The notes beneath the pieces were generated by a model. That model ran no database searches. It had not been told where the DNA came from and saw only the letters and a list, made by a program, of their open reading frames with translations. Source: Lama guanicoe (lineage: Eukaryota). From it: a DNA stretch of 64,000 bases. The DNA lies in NCBI GenBank assembly GCA_013239625.1, contig MU053934.1, positions 5,908,399 to 5,972,398 of the forward strand, in the 5' to 3' direction. Shown here in pieces: positions 49,601 to 60,819 of this stretch (position 1 is its first letter; each line of letters begins with the position of its first letter). Made by a program: the position numbers and the translations under genes.

Positions 49601-52490
49601 TTATGCTGAAAGAAGCCAGATGTAAAAGACTAAACACTGTATGAAATGCCATAATATAGGGACAGACAGATGATAGTGATTTCCACAGAGGAGCTTTGAG
49701 GGGTGATGGAAATGATTCTGGTGGTGGTTATACAACTGTATACATCTGTCAAAACCCACTGAACTATAGATTTTAAATGGATGAACTTTACTATGTATAA
49801 ATTATACCTCAATAAAGTTGATTTCTTTAATGCTACATGAGACACCAGTTCATATCCACCAGAAAGGCTAAAATGAAAACACTAACAACAATACCAAATG
49901 TTAGCAAGGATATAAAGCAACTGAAACTCTCATACAAAGCTGGTAGACAGTAGAACAGTAAAACCATCTTAGAAGAAGGTTTGGCCATTTCTTATAAAGT
50001 TAATCATATGCTTTCCTTATGACCCAGTAATTCTAACTCCGGTATTTATTCAAGTAAATGAAAACATTAGTCCACAAAAAGAATGTTTGCAGCAGCTTTC
50101 TTCACAGTAGCCAAAAACTGGGAACAATTCAATTGTCCATCAATGGGTGAATGGGTAAACAAATTGGTACAATGAAATACTACACAACAATAAAAATGAA
50201 TGATGTACTGATACTTCCGCGAATATGGCTAAAACTGAAAAACATTATGCTGTGTGAAAGAAAACTCAAAAGAGTACATTCTTCATGATTCTACTTACAT
50301 GAAGTTCTGGAACAGGTAAAACTAACTGATGATTATAGAAATCATTACAGTGGTTGCCTATAGAGTGCAGAGTAGGGATATTATATATAAATTATACCTC
50401 AAGTACGAAATTTGCAGATTCTAACTACTGTTTATAAAATAGATACACAATAAGCTCCTTCTGTATAGCTCAGGGAACTATATTCAATATCCTGTAGTAA
50501 ACTATAATGAAAAAGAACACGGAAATGGATATACATATGTGTATGTATGAGTGAAACATGATGCTGTACACCAGAAATTGACACAATATTGTAAACTGAC
50601 TATCCTTCAATTAAAAATTTTTTAATAAATTATACTTCAGTTTTTTTAAAAAAGCTTAAAGAGGGACTAAGTTAGTATACAAAAGGCATGTCATCAGATC
50701 CTGTACACTTGCAATGCGGGTGGGAGGAGATTTGACTTTTAGCTTACAAGCCCAAGAAGCAAAGAACAGAAAATAATCAGTCAACTCTGTAGCCAAAAGA
50801 GTGAAAAAAATCAGCTCTTCAGACTTTAAGAGTAGTTCTAGGTTTATAGCAAAATTGAGAGGGAGGTGTAGCAATTTCCTATACACCCTTTGCTACTACA
50901 CATGCGTAGCTTTCCCCATCATCAACATCCCCCACCAGAGTGGTATACTTGGCTCCACTTTGGGTTTCTGTTTTTTGTTTTTTTAATGGAAGTACTGGGG
51001 ATTGAACCCAGGACCTCATGCTCGCTAAGCACACGCTCTACCACTGAGCTATACCCTCCTTCAGAGTGGTACATTCGTTATAACCAACGAATCTACATCG
51101 ATACATTGTCACTTGAAGTTCATAGTTTACATGAAAGTTCACTCTAGGTGTTGTACAGTCTATGAGTTTGGACAAATGTATAATGACACGTATCCACCAT
51201 TTCCATGTCATACAGTGTTTTCACTGCCCTAAAAACCCCCCATGCTCTGTCTGCTCATCCCTCCCTCCCCACAACCCCTGACAACCACTGATCTTTTCAT
51301 TGTCTCCATAGTTTTGCCTTTTCCAGAACGTCATATAGGTGGAATCATACTGTACCTAGCCTTTTCAGGTTGGTATCTTTCACTGGGTAAAATGCATTTA
51401 AGGTTCCTCCATGTCTTCTCATGACTTGATAGCACATTTATTTTTAGCACTGAATGGTCTTCCATTGTCTGGAGGTACCAGTTTTTATTTATTCATTCAC
51501 CTACTGAATGACATCTTGGTTGCTTCCAAGTTAAGGCAATTATGAATTAAGCTGCTATAAACATTGTGTTTAGGTTTTTGTGTGAACATAAGTTTTCGAC
51601 TCCTTTGGATAAATACCAAGGAGCTAAACTGGCGGATCATACGGTAAGATTATGCTTAGTTTGATGAGAAATTACCAATCTGTCTTCCAAAGTGGCTGTA
51701 CCACTTTGCATTCCTATCAGCAAATTTCCTGTTGCTCTACATCCTCGTTAGCATTTGGTGTCATCCAGGTTCCAGAGTTTGGCCATTCTAACAGTGTGTA
51801 GTACTATCTTATTGTCATATTAATTTGCATTTTCCTGGTCACACAAGATGTGGAACATCTTTTCATATGCTTATCTGCGATCTGTATATGTTCTTTGGAG
51901 AAGTGTCTGTTAAGATCTTTGGTTCATTTTACCATCGAGATGTGTCCTTATTATTGCATTTTAAGAGTTCTTTGTACATTTTGGATAACAATCTTTTATC
52001 AAGTATGTCTTTTGCAAATATTTTCTCCCAGTCTCTGGCTTGTCTTTTCATTCTCTTGACAATATTTTTGCAGAGCAGAAATTTTTAATTTTAATGAAGC
52101 CCAGCTAATCAGTTCTTTCTTTCAAGATCGTGGCTTTGGTGCTGTATCTAAAACGTCATTGCCAAAAACCAAGGTCACCTAGATTTTCTCTTATGTTATC
52201 TTCTATACATAGTTCTGTATAGAATACAGTTTTGTGTTTTACATTTAGGTATATGATCCATTTTGAGCTAATTTTTGCAAAGGGTGTATGCTCTGCCTAG
52301 ATTCATTCTTTTGTATGTCAGCGTCCAGGTTGTTCCAGCACCATTGTATTGCCTTTGCTCCTTGGTCAAACGTCAGTTGACTATTTGGATACGGGTCTAT
52401 TTCCAGGCTCTCCATTCTGTTTCATTGCTCTGTCTATTCTGTCACCAGCACTATACTGTCTTGATTACTGTAGCTTTATATAAAGTTCGT
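43686..52490. mobile_element. Cluster of nested L1 fragments of several ages and both orientations (+ 43686-46550, - 46560-47497, + 47498-50660, - 50800-52490)
   Basis: Repeated L1 ORF2-end/3'UTR motifs (caaattaaaaccacaatgagata, atgttcatagcagcactatttacaatagccaaga, tgaatggat, polyA ends at ~45355, 46110, 47670, 50620). Confidence 0.85.
50965..51060 (-). mobile_element. tRNA-derived SINE (Vic-1-like) with TSD
   Basis: atggaagtactggggattgaacccaggacctc...ctaccactgagctataccctcc; TSD cagagtggta on both sides. Confidence 0.88.
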
Positions 52491-54299
52491 TAGATTATAC
52501 TCTCTTTTAAAAAACCAGAGTTGTGGAGGTTGGTTGGAAGTGGGTTAAGACCAAGGCTGCCTCTGTCTATTTCCCTCAGTGCTCAGTTTTAAGCATCTAA
52601 AGGCAAAGGCCTTTTAGCAATCTACCAATCACCCTTCTTACTGGTCATGCTGGAATTTCTACCAGATGTTTTTTTCATAAGTAACACCTAACGGTCCAAG
52701 TGTCAGATCAGTGATTAGTCACATTAATCAATATTGAGATTTATAAATGTTAGCTACTATATATAAAAATCGTTTTTTAAAAAGTTTAAAAATATTGAAT
52801 GTATTTATCACAGGAAACTAGTGACATTTTCAGATTTACTCGTCATCGGTGGAAGAATATGCACTTACAATTCAATTTGTTACATAAGACCCACACTTCT
52901 ACTTTGTACCACCCTTTCTGAGATGCCAAGATTGTATTAAATGAACCATTACTGTTGGTGTCCCCACAGCACCACATCATATTTAGAAAGAGAGGCTACA
53001 ACATCACCATGGATTCATAAATGCTTATCTCCTGTCCTGCAGGAGGGAGTGGACAATTTTTTTTTAAGTCAACTAAGTCACTTTGTAGTTGACTTCAAGG
53101 TGACCAGCTGAAGTGAGCAAAAAGCATGGTGGATTTTCATGAGGATTTAAAAAATATTCAAAGGCACCTGGCATAAGTAACTGTTCATTAAATATTCACA
53201 GACTCAACCTGGATCGATCAACAATGTGAAAAGTGTGGTTTAGTGAAAAGTTTTTTGGCACCACCAGGCCTGGTTTACTTAACTTTCCTAAGCTTCACTC
53301 TTCTCATTTCTAAAATAAAAACCCCTCTTGCCTTTCAAGTTTATGAAGAAAAACAAGATTACAAGGTTATAAACAAGGTTACAAGTGGTAACATTTAGCC
53401 CAGAAAATACCTAGCACACATCACAGACATTACAAAGCACTTGCCCCTCTTCCCTTTCACAGGTTGATGAGGGACTGAAAAAAAATAGCATCTCTCAGAC
53501 TATCTGTAAGTGTTTGTGGTCTTGGACTGCCACCTGTGTAGACCTCGCTGCAGGCATTAGTAAATATACCCCTCAAAAATGAGCAGTGGATGAGCACCTG
53601 CCAATTAACTGTACACTTAGAAATGTCATCACCAAATTAACTGCCATTATTCTGCAAATAAACAATTTCAGTCCCTTTAACTGATATTTCAAATCCCTAC
53701 TTACATTTCTCATGTTCTTTCCAATAATTTGCTAGGAGGTGAACCTGTCAATGGGAAGGACAAAAATTATTATTTATCATGGATGCCCTCAAAATAATTA
53801 CTTAGAAAACCCAAAATACTTAGTTGGAATTTTCAGAATTCAATCAACCTTCTATCCAACTACCTCCCAGTTTCAACTTCACCTAAAGGACTCCTCATAG
53901 TTGGACCAGCCCAAATCAGTAAACATTTAAAAAGTAGTAATAGTTAAAAACGCTGTGTCCTGGTGATCCGAGTTGCTGGGACACAGTTGCTGGGAGTTGG
54001 GAAGGGACAAGCAGATCCAGCACAAGTATTGCTTTAAACTAGCAGCTCAGAGTATGTCTGAGTTTCAGTGCTTTATGCTCATCCAAAGCAGTTATCCTAA
54101 AAATCTTTGATTTATTCAACATTAATGCCCTGCCACTGCTCCCTGATTTTATTAAATTCCCTAGGACAGTTTCTTCGTCTGTAAGGGGAAGCTAATAAAA
54201 ACGCTTCCTCGGTGGGTTGTGAGGCATTATCTATGATAACGTATTTGAAAGTGCTTTACACTTTGCAAAGCACTACTTACATATGAGTTATTAGTTTTC

Positions 54300-55320
54300 C
54301 TAAGTCCAGCCATTTTTACGTCGGAGGAAAGGGTGGCCTATGAAGAGCAAACGTCTTCCCGAGGTCTTACAGCGAACCGGGCAGAGCTCGCTCAGTCATC
54401 CACCCTTCACACCCTTCCCAATCTTCAAAGCCTGGTTCGGGTCCACGTTTTCCTCAGCCTAGCGCGGTGGCCAAGAGCCAAACGGCCCAGGTTCGTATCC
54501 CAGCTCTGCCTCTTTCACAATCCGAGGACACATGCTGTGCCTTGTGTGCCCCAGCTGCCACCGCGAGAAGGAAGGGGTGGTGACCGCGCCCGGCCAGCCT
54601 GGGTGCTTAATGGCAGTTAACCTCTGTCAGCCCAGGGATCACTCCCCTCCCTGTTTCCTCCCCGTGCTGGGGAGTCAAGGCCGGGATACTTTGAGGGCTC
54701 GCTGCGTGCCAGGCACTGCTAGTTGCTCTGGCGGAGCGCAGACCCCCTCGTCAGCCCAAGACAAGGTGGGGGGGGGGTCGCGCCACCCCGGGCGGGTATC
54801 CTAGCTCAGGCAGCGCTCAGCTCAGTATTCCCTCCTCTCGCTGTCCGCGACGCCCCCAGCGCTCCCTCCCTATACAGTGGTCACTGACCCCCCACCCCAA
54901 ACTGGACCCCGCTGTCCAGAAGGCCGGGTAAGCCCGCGCCCCTGCTCCTCGCTCCGGTCGGGCTCCCACAGCAGGAGCTGCGGCCTTCCAGCTGGCGGAC
55001 GGGGGAGAGGTGGGCGGAGGCGCGGGGAGCGCGCGCCGAGGGGCGGGCCGCGGGGCGGGGCGACCGGCGGTTGGCGCTCGGAACAGGCGCGCTCCGCCCG
55101 GCCACGTGACTCACGAGCGCCGGGGCTCGCCCCGCCCCCCGGCCCTCCGGGGATGGGGGCGGGGCAGGCATTGAGATCTGTACCCTCGGCTGGCATCCCC
55201 GCCCCTTACCAGGTGAGAGCCAGGGTTGAGACTTATCTGTTATCACCCAATTTTGCAGTTGAGGCCAGCTGAGGCCTGCCCAGAGTCATGGGTGGTAGGT
55301 CGGGTGTCGAGGCCGGGAAG
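54300..55320. promoter_or_regulatory. Orphan CpG island / probable promoter-enhancer
   Basis: Very GC- and CpG-rich, multiple GC boxes (GGGCGG), E-box CACGTG 55103-55108 overlapping TGACTCA 55107-55113; no credible protein-coding ORF. Confidence 0.8.
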
Positions 55321-55499
55321 TTTTAGTCTCCTTTCCTTTGGATTTTGTTGGAACCGAAGCTCCATGAAGGCAGGAATTGTGCTGTCCTCTTGGTCACTGT
55401 TGTGCCCAGAGCACAGTGGGAACGCAGTAAATCATTTGAATGAATAACTCTTACCCCAGCCCTCCTCTAACTCTCTAACCTCAACAGGAGTCAGTCTGC

Positions 55500-56520
55500 C
55501 CTCTCCCCCAAGATCTTCCAAAACAGTTAGGGGAAGGCCCGACAGGGGTTATAGGAGATGGGAAAAAAAGGAGCATCCAGCCTGCATATCACTGGTGCAG
55601 AGGAGTTAATCCAATTCATGGGATAGGTTGAGAGAGACCAGCTAGGCTTCAGTGGAGTCCAGCGGAGGGATGATGGTGGCCTGGATTTAAGGAGTAGCAG
55701 TAGGGATAGAAAGACGGGGAAATACTCGAGGTGGGTTTTGGAAAATTAAAGGGATTTGCTGATGGATTGAAAGTAGCGGGGAATCAAGAAGAATTTCCTG
55801 AGCAGCTGATGCTCCTGGGTACTGAAATGGGGAAGCTCTAAGAGAAACAGGTTTGGGGTAAAGGAATTAAGTGTTTGGCTTTGCGGTTTATGATGTAATG
55901 TCAGTTATCTCTACAGATGGATATATGAATCCGCAGCTCAGAGGACAAACACATGGGCTGAAGATGTGAATCTGGGACTTTATAAGTAGTATTTACAGCA
56001 GTAAGAATGAAAGACCTCGCTTATGGGGAGCAATAAAGAGAAAAGAAGCAGGTCCACGACAGAGCCCCGGAGATCGCCAGTACTTAAGAGTTCAGGTAGA
56101 AGAGGAAGGTCCTGCGAAGGAGAGAGGATTGGCCAGAGAGGCATAAGGAAAACCAAGAGGGACCCAGAAAGGACTGTTTCAGGAAGCACGGAGTCATTGT
56201 TATGTCAGATGCCACTGAGAGAAGAGGGGTGTGGCTTGCTTTCATCAGAGAAGCTGTACTTGAAATTGACAGAGCAGTTTTGGTGGAGTGTGGGGACAGA
56301 TGGAGAAGTAGAAGCAGAGGTAGTGTGTGCAGACAGTCCTTTCAAGAGACTGGGGTAGGGAGGAATAGCACAATGGCAGGGGACTGAGGGGGTGGGCTCA
56401 AAGGACTTATTTGTACAGAACGGGTGATATAAGAGCACATTTGTGCTGCTACTGGGAATGATCCAATAGACAGCAAGAGAGCAATGATCCCAGAGAGAAA
56501 GAGGGGCAGTGACTTACCGA
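55500..56520 (-). mobile_element. L2 fragment
   Basis: Purine-rich reverse L2 motifs (agggatgatggtggcctgga, gggatttgctgatggattga, gggctgaagatgtgaatctggga). Confidence 0.65.
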
Positions 56521-56954
56521 GGGAAGGCTTCAAAAAGAGGGGCGCCTATGAGGTCTGTGTGTAAATGTGTGGCTCAGACCAGCTAATGCTACAACATCAG
56601 CCCTGGGACCAGGAGCTCCGCAGCAGAAGGAACTGCCACACTGTTCCAGGGTAGGCACTGTTGCTTAGCAACCTGTCTTTAATAAGATGTTTCAACTGAA
56701 TTCCTAATCAACGGCCATTTCAACTTATGCTAACAGTTCCTGTCACTGGGGTCTTATCTCTGCTTCCTTCCCTCCCCCAAAGGCTGGTACTTCTGTTTCT
56801 TTTGTTGAACTGCCGTGAAACTGAAAAGCTCAGGTTTCTACTTTCTTGTACTATTGATGATATATGCATTGAGATGTGAAAAACAATACATCACAGAGAA
56901 GATGGATTTAGGGGTTCTGATTCTATCTTAAAGGGAGGTGATCAAAAATTTCAG

Positions 56955-57735
56955 GATTTAGATCTCCAGTTCAGGGCTCTCTGATGAGCTCCAACTGCTG
57001 TCCTGCCCTCTTGGAGACATCTCAGACCAAGCAGAATTCTTAACTCCCTCTACTCAACCACCCAGGCTCATTCATTCCTTGTTTTTTATATTTATCACTA
57101 CAGAATGTGGTCCCACCGTCTCCCCATCTGACATGTTCACCCAGAGTCATTCTGGATTCCTCCCTCTTCCAAACCCACCCTGTACCATTCATTACTGCCC
57201 TGGTCCAAACCACCATTCCCCTAGATCAGTACAAGAGCCTTCTAACTGGTCTCCCCGATGCTTCTCTTGACCTCTCTCCAGTCTATTTTCCATGCAGCAG
57301 CCAGAGAGCGATCTCTTAAAACACAATCTAAACAATTTCCTCCCCTGCTTAAAACCTTAAAGGTTTTCCATTACATTCTCCTGCCAACTGGTGCTGTTCA
57401 CCTCCCTCCCTAAATTTTGTCTCTGCCTGGAATGACCTTCCCCCAACAGCCCCCTTCTCCTCACTGACTCCTCATCCTGCAAGTCGAGGATGTTTGTTTT
57501 CTGCACAGCACGCCTTCTCCCTACGTCCCCTGTGCAGGTGCTTCCTTTCCTGTTCTCCATCACAGTGCCCTGCCAAGTTCCTTCTCAGTTGGGACTAGGT
57601 GTTTGTCAGTTTCCACTGTCTCCAGGCAGGAGGCAGTAAACTCCATGAGGACAGAGCTGTTCACCTGTATCTCCTCAGAATCCAGGACCGACCCTGGCAC
57701 AGAGTAGGCACTAAATAAATATTTGATAAACAAGA
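56955..57735 (+). mobile_element. L2 3' fragment
   Basis: ctaactggtctccccg, ctgcctggaatgaccttccc, aaactccatgaggacagag...cctggcacagagtaggcactaaataaatatttg (L2 terminus). Confidence 0.75.
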
Positions 57736-58024
57736 TGATTTGTTTGCCTTAAGCAGATTCTCTGCCTGTGAAATTCATTGTTGTGCATTTATAAAAATTA
57801 ATAAAAGATTAACAACTCACAAAGGTTATTCCTCTTGGCTGGTTTACTTTTCCAGTTTCTGCCACCCAGTATCTAACAGGATAATAATAACTACCATTCC
57901 CAGTGCCCAGTATGTGGCAGCCACTGCACACTTATTATTTCTAATTCTTACAACAACCCAACGAGGTGGTCCTATTACTCACAACCTAGACTCCCGTCTG
58001 CTTATCACACTTGATGTTGAATCC

Positions 58025-59425
58025 AGTATGGAGGCTTCTCAAAAAAACGAAAAGTAGAGATACCATATGACCCAGCAATTCTACTCCTGGGTACCCATCT
58101 GAAAAAAAAATGAAAACACTAATTAAAAAGATACATGCACCCTGGTGTTCACAGCAGCAACCTAAGTGTCCATCAACAGATAAGGGTGGGGCTATGGCTC
58201 AGTGGTAGAGCGCCTGCTTAGCATGCACAAGATCTTAAGTTCAATCCCCAGTATCTCCATCAAAAAACAAACAAATAAATAAATAAAAATAAATAAACCT
58301 AATTACCCCCCCAAAAAAGATAAGGAAGATGTGGTGTATATATATATATATAAATATATATTCAGCCATTAAAAAGAATGAAATTTTGCCATTTGCAACA
58401 ACATGAATAGACTTGGAGGATATTACACTAAGTGAAATAAATCAGAGAAAGACAAATACTGTATGATATCACTTATATGTGGAATCTAAAAAGTAATAAA
58501 CTAGTGAATATAACAAAAATAGATTCAGATATAGAAAACAAAATAGTGGTTACCAGCAGGGAGTTTTGTCTTTTTCAGCACATGACTTGACAGACAGTCG
58601 CTACCTTTTTTTGATATTTTTAAAGCATTAAATTTAAACATTAAAACTATTCTGCCAAATGTTGGCAAGGATGTAGAGAAAAGGGAACACTCGTACACTG
58701 CTGGTGAGAATGTAAATTGCTGCAGCCACTGGAAAAGCATGGAGGTTTCTCAAAAAGTTAAAAATAGAACTACTTATGTGATCCAGCAATTCCATGCCTG
58801 GGTATATATCCAAAAGAAACAAAAACACTAATTTGAAAAGATAAATGCACCCCAATGTTCATAGCAGCATTATTTATAATTGCCAAGATAGAAGGCAACC
58901 TAAGTGTTTATCAACAGATGAATGGATAAAGAAAATGTACTATGTATGTATACACACACACACACAATGGAGTACTACTCAGCCATAAAAAAGAACTAAA
59001 TTTTGCCATTTGCAGCAACATGGTTGGACTTGGAGGATATCATGCTAAGTGAAGTAAGTCAGCCAAAGAAAGACAAATACTATATGATATCACTTATACG
59101 TGGAGTTGAAAAAATACAACAAACCTGTGAATATAACAAAAAAGAAGCAAACTCACAGATATAGAGAACAAACTAGTGGTTACCAGTGGGGAGAGGGAAG
59201 AGGGGAGGGGCAAGATAGGGGTAGGAGATTAAGAGGTACAAACTACTATGTATAAAATAAAGAAGCTGCGAGTATATATTGTACAACACAGGGAATATAG
59301 CCAATATTCCATAATAACAATAAATGGAATATAACTTTAAAATTATACTATGTTGTACACCTGAAACATATGATACTGTATATTAACTGTACCTTGATTT
59401 GAAAAAAAACTTTGTTGAAGAAACA
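58025..59425 (+). mobile_element. Two tandem 5'-truncated L1 3' regions (~58025-58560 and ~58650-59425)
   Basis: Both contain ccatatgacccagcaattc...gcaacctaagtgt...ttttgccatttgca...gacaaatact; the second ends in polyA. Confidence 0.85.
58183..58318 (+). mobile_element. tRNA-derived SINE (Vic-1-like) inside L1
   Basis: ggggctatggctcagtggtagagcgcctgcttagcatgcac...gttcaatccccagtatctcc, (aaat)n tail; TSD agataagg. Confidence 0.88.
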
Positions 59426-59479
59426 GAAAAAAAAAAAAGCAGAAGCCTGTTGTAATCCTTGAAGTCTTATTAGCTAGCT

Positions 59480-60240
59480 CTTCAGTCACTGAGCACCTAG
59501 TGTATACTAGGCTCTGCTCTTGCCTCTGTAAATACAGCAGACAGCAAGACAGACTTAATTCCCAGCCCTCATGGAGCTTACATTCCAGTGGTGGGAGATG
59601 GGCAATAAACAAGTAAACAGATGAATGAGATAATTTCAAACAGAAAAAAGCACTATGAAGGACTGCAAAATGGGTGAAGGGATACAGAGTGAGGGGAGGG
59701 AACAGCTACTTTAAGTAAAGTCCTGAAAGAGGTGACTTTGAGCTGAAATCTAAAAAAAATGAAGAGCCATACATGAGAAAAGCCATGGAAAGGATGTTCC
59801 ACATGGATGGAACAGAAAGTGCAAAGGCCCTGAGGCCAACTCAAGCTTGGCAATCAAGAATAGGAAGAGGTGAGTGGATGGATACAGTGATAGGAGGAGA
59901 AGATGATACAAGAGGAGGTTGGAAAGAAACCTGGAGCTAGGTTATTGTGGCAGGTTTGCATTTTATTCAAAGTGCAAGGGGAGGCTATTAGGGGTTTTTA
60001 AGCAGAGGAATGAACATGATCTGGTCTATGATTTTTAAAAATTCATCTGTGTGAATTAAAGAAGATGAAGATTCAAACTGAGAGACTAGTTGGAGGGCTG
60101 TTTCAGTGGACCAGTGGCTTGTATTAGGGACACAGGATACATTTTGGAGGTAGAAGACCCAACAATACTTGTGGATAGCATGACTATGGGATTGGAGGTA
60201 GAAAGGGTTGAAGAAAAGAAGGAAATCAAGACTTTCACAT
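59480..60240 (-). mobile_element. L2 3' fragment
   Basis: ctgagcacctagtgtatactaggc, cagccctcatggagcttacattccagtg, gtgcaaaggccctgagg, ttttaagcagaggaatgaacatgatctg. Confidence 0.8.
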
Positions 60241-60819
60241 CTTTGCAGTGGACCTCAAATTTAGAAATATGTTTAACATATGTTAAACTAATTACATTTA
60301 GATTCTCAATTAATTAATTGGATTACAACATAGCATAGGGGAAGAATTTGGACTAAATTTTATATTCCAATCCCATGTGATCTTGGAGAGTGTCTGAACC
60401 CGAAGAGCCACTGTTTTGTCATCTTTAAAAGGGTGATTGGTGATTGGTTGTCCCTGATTTGAGATGTTTGTAAAGCACTTGGAACTCTGAGTGTGGAAAT
60501 CTAAAAGAAATGAGGCTGTCTCATATCTGAAGGGTGTTTTTGTTTTTTTTTTTTCTTTTTCTTCCCCCCTTCAGGAGATGATGCAAGGGAGAGTGTTGCA
60601 GGATCTTGAGCATGCCGAACATTTATAGCGTTGGGCCTAAGACCATTCCCGTTTCTGCCTGAATTTGAAATGAGTCTCTCAGCTAGGCATCCCGGCCCCC
60701 GGGCACCTTAAATTTCTAATCAGGGAGAATACGAAGTTATTTCTGACACCTGGAACAGTACATGTCTTAGGTATTAAATAATTGTTTAATGAAGAATAGA
60801 GTCGGAGTGACTGGAAGAG

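Noticed and set aside
54249..54275. Inverted repeat agtgcttt...aaagcact
   Set aside because: Falls in a MIR 3' region whose consensus has this quasi-palindromic motif
55064..55078. CTCF-like sequence CCGGCGGTTGGCGCT
   Set aside because: Mismatches at two core positions, and GC-rich context makes a chance match likely; not supportable without PWM or ChIP data
54870..55272. 100-130 aa ORFs on both strands in the CpG island
   Set aside because: Arg/Gly/Pro-rich frames typical of stop-poor GC-rich DNA; no domain similarity
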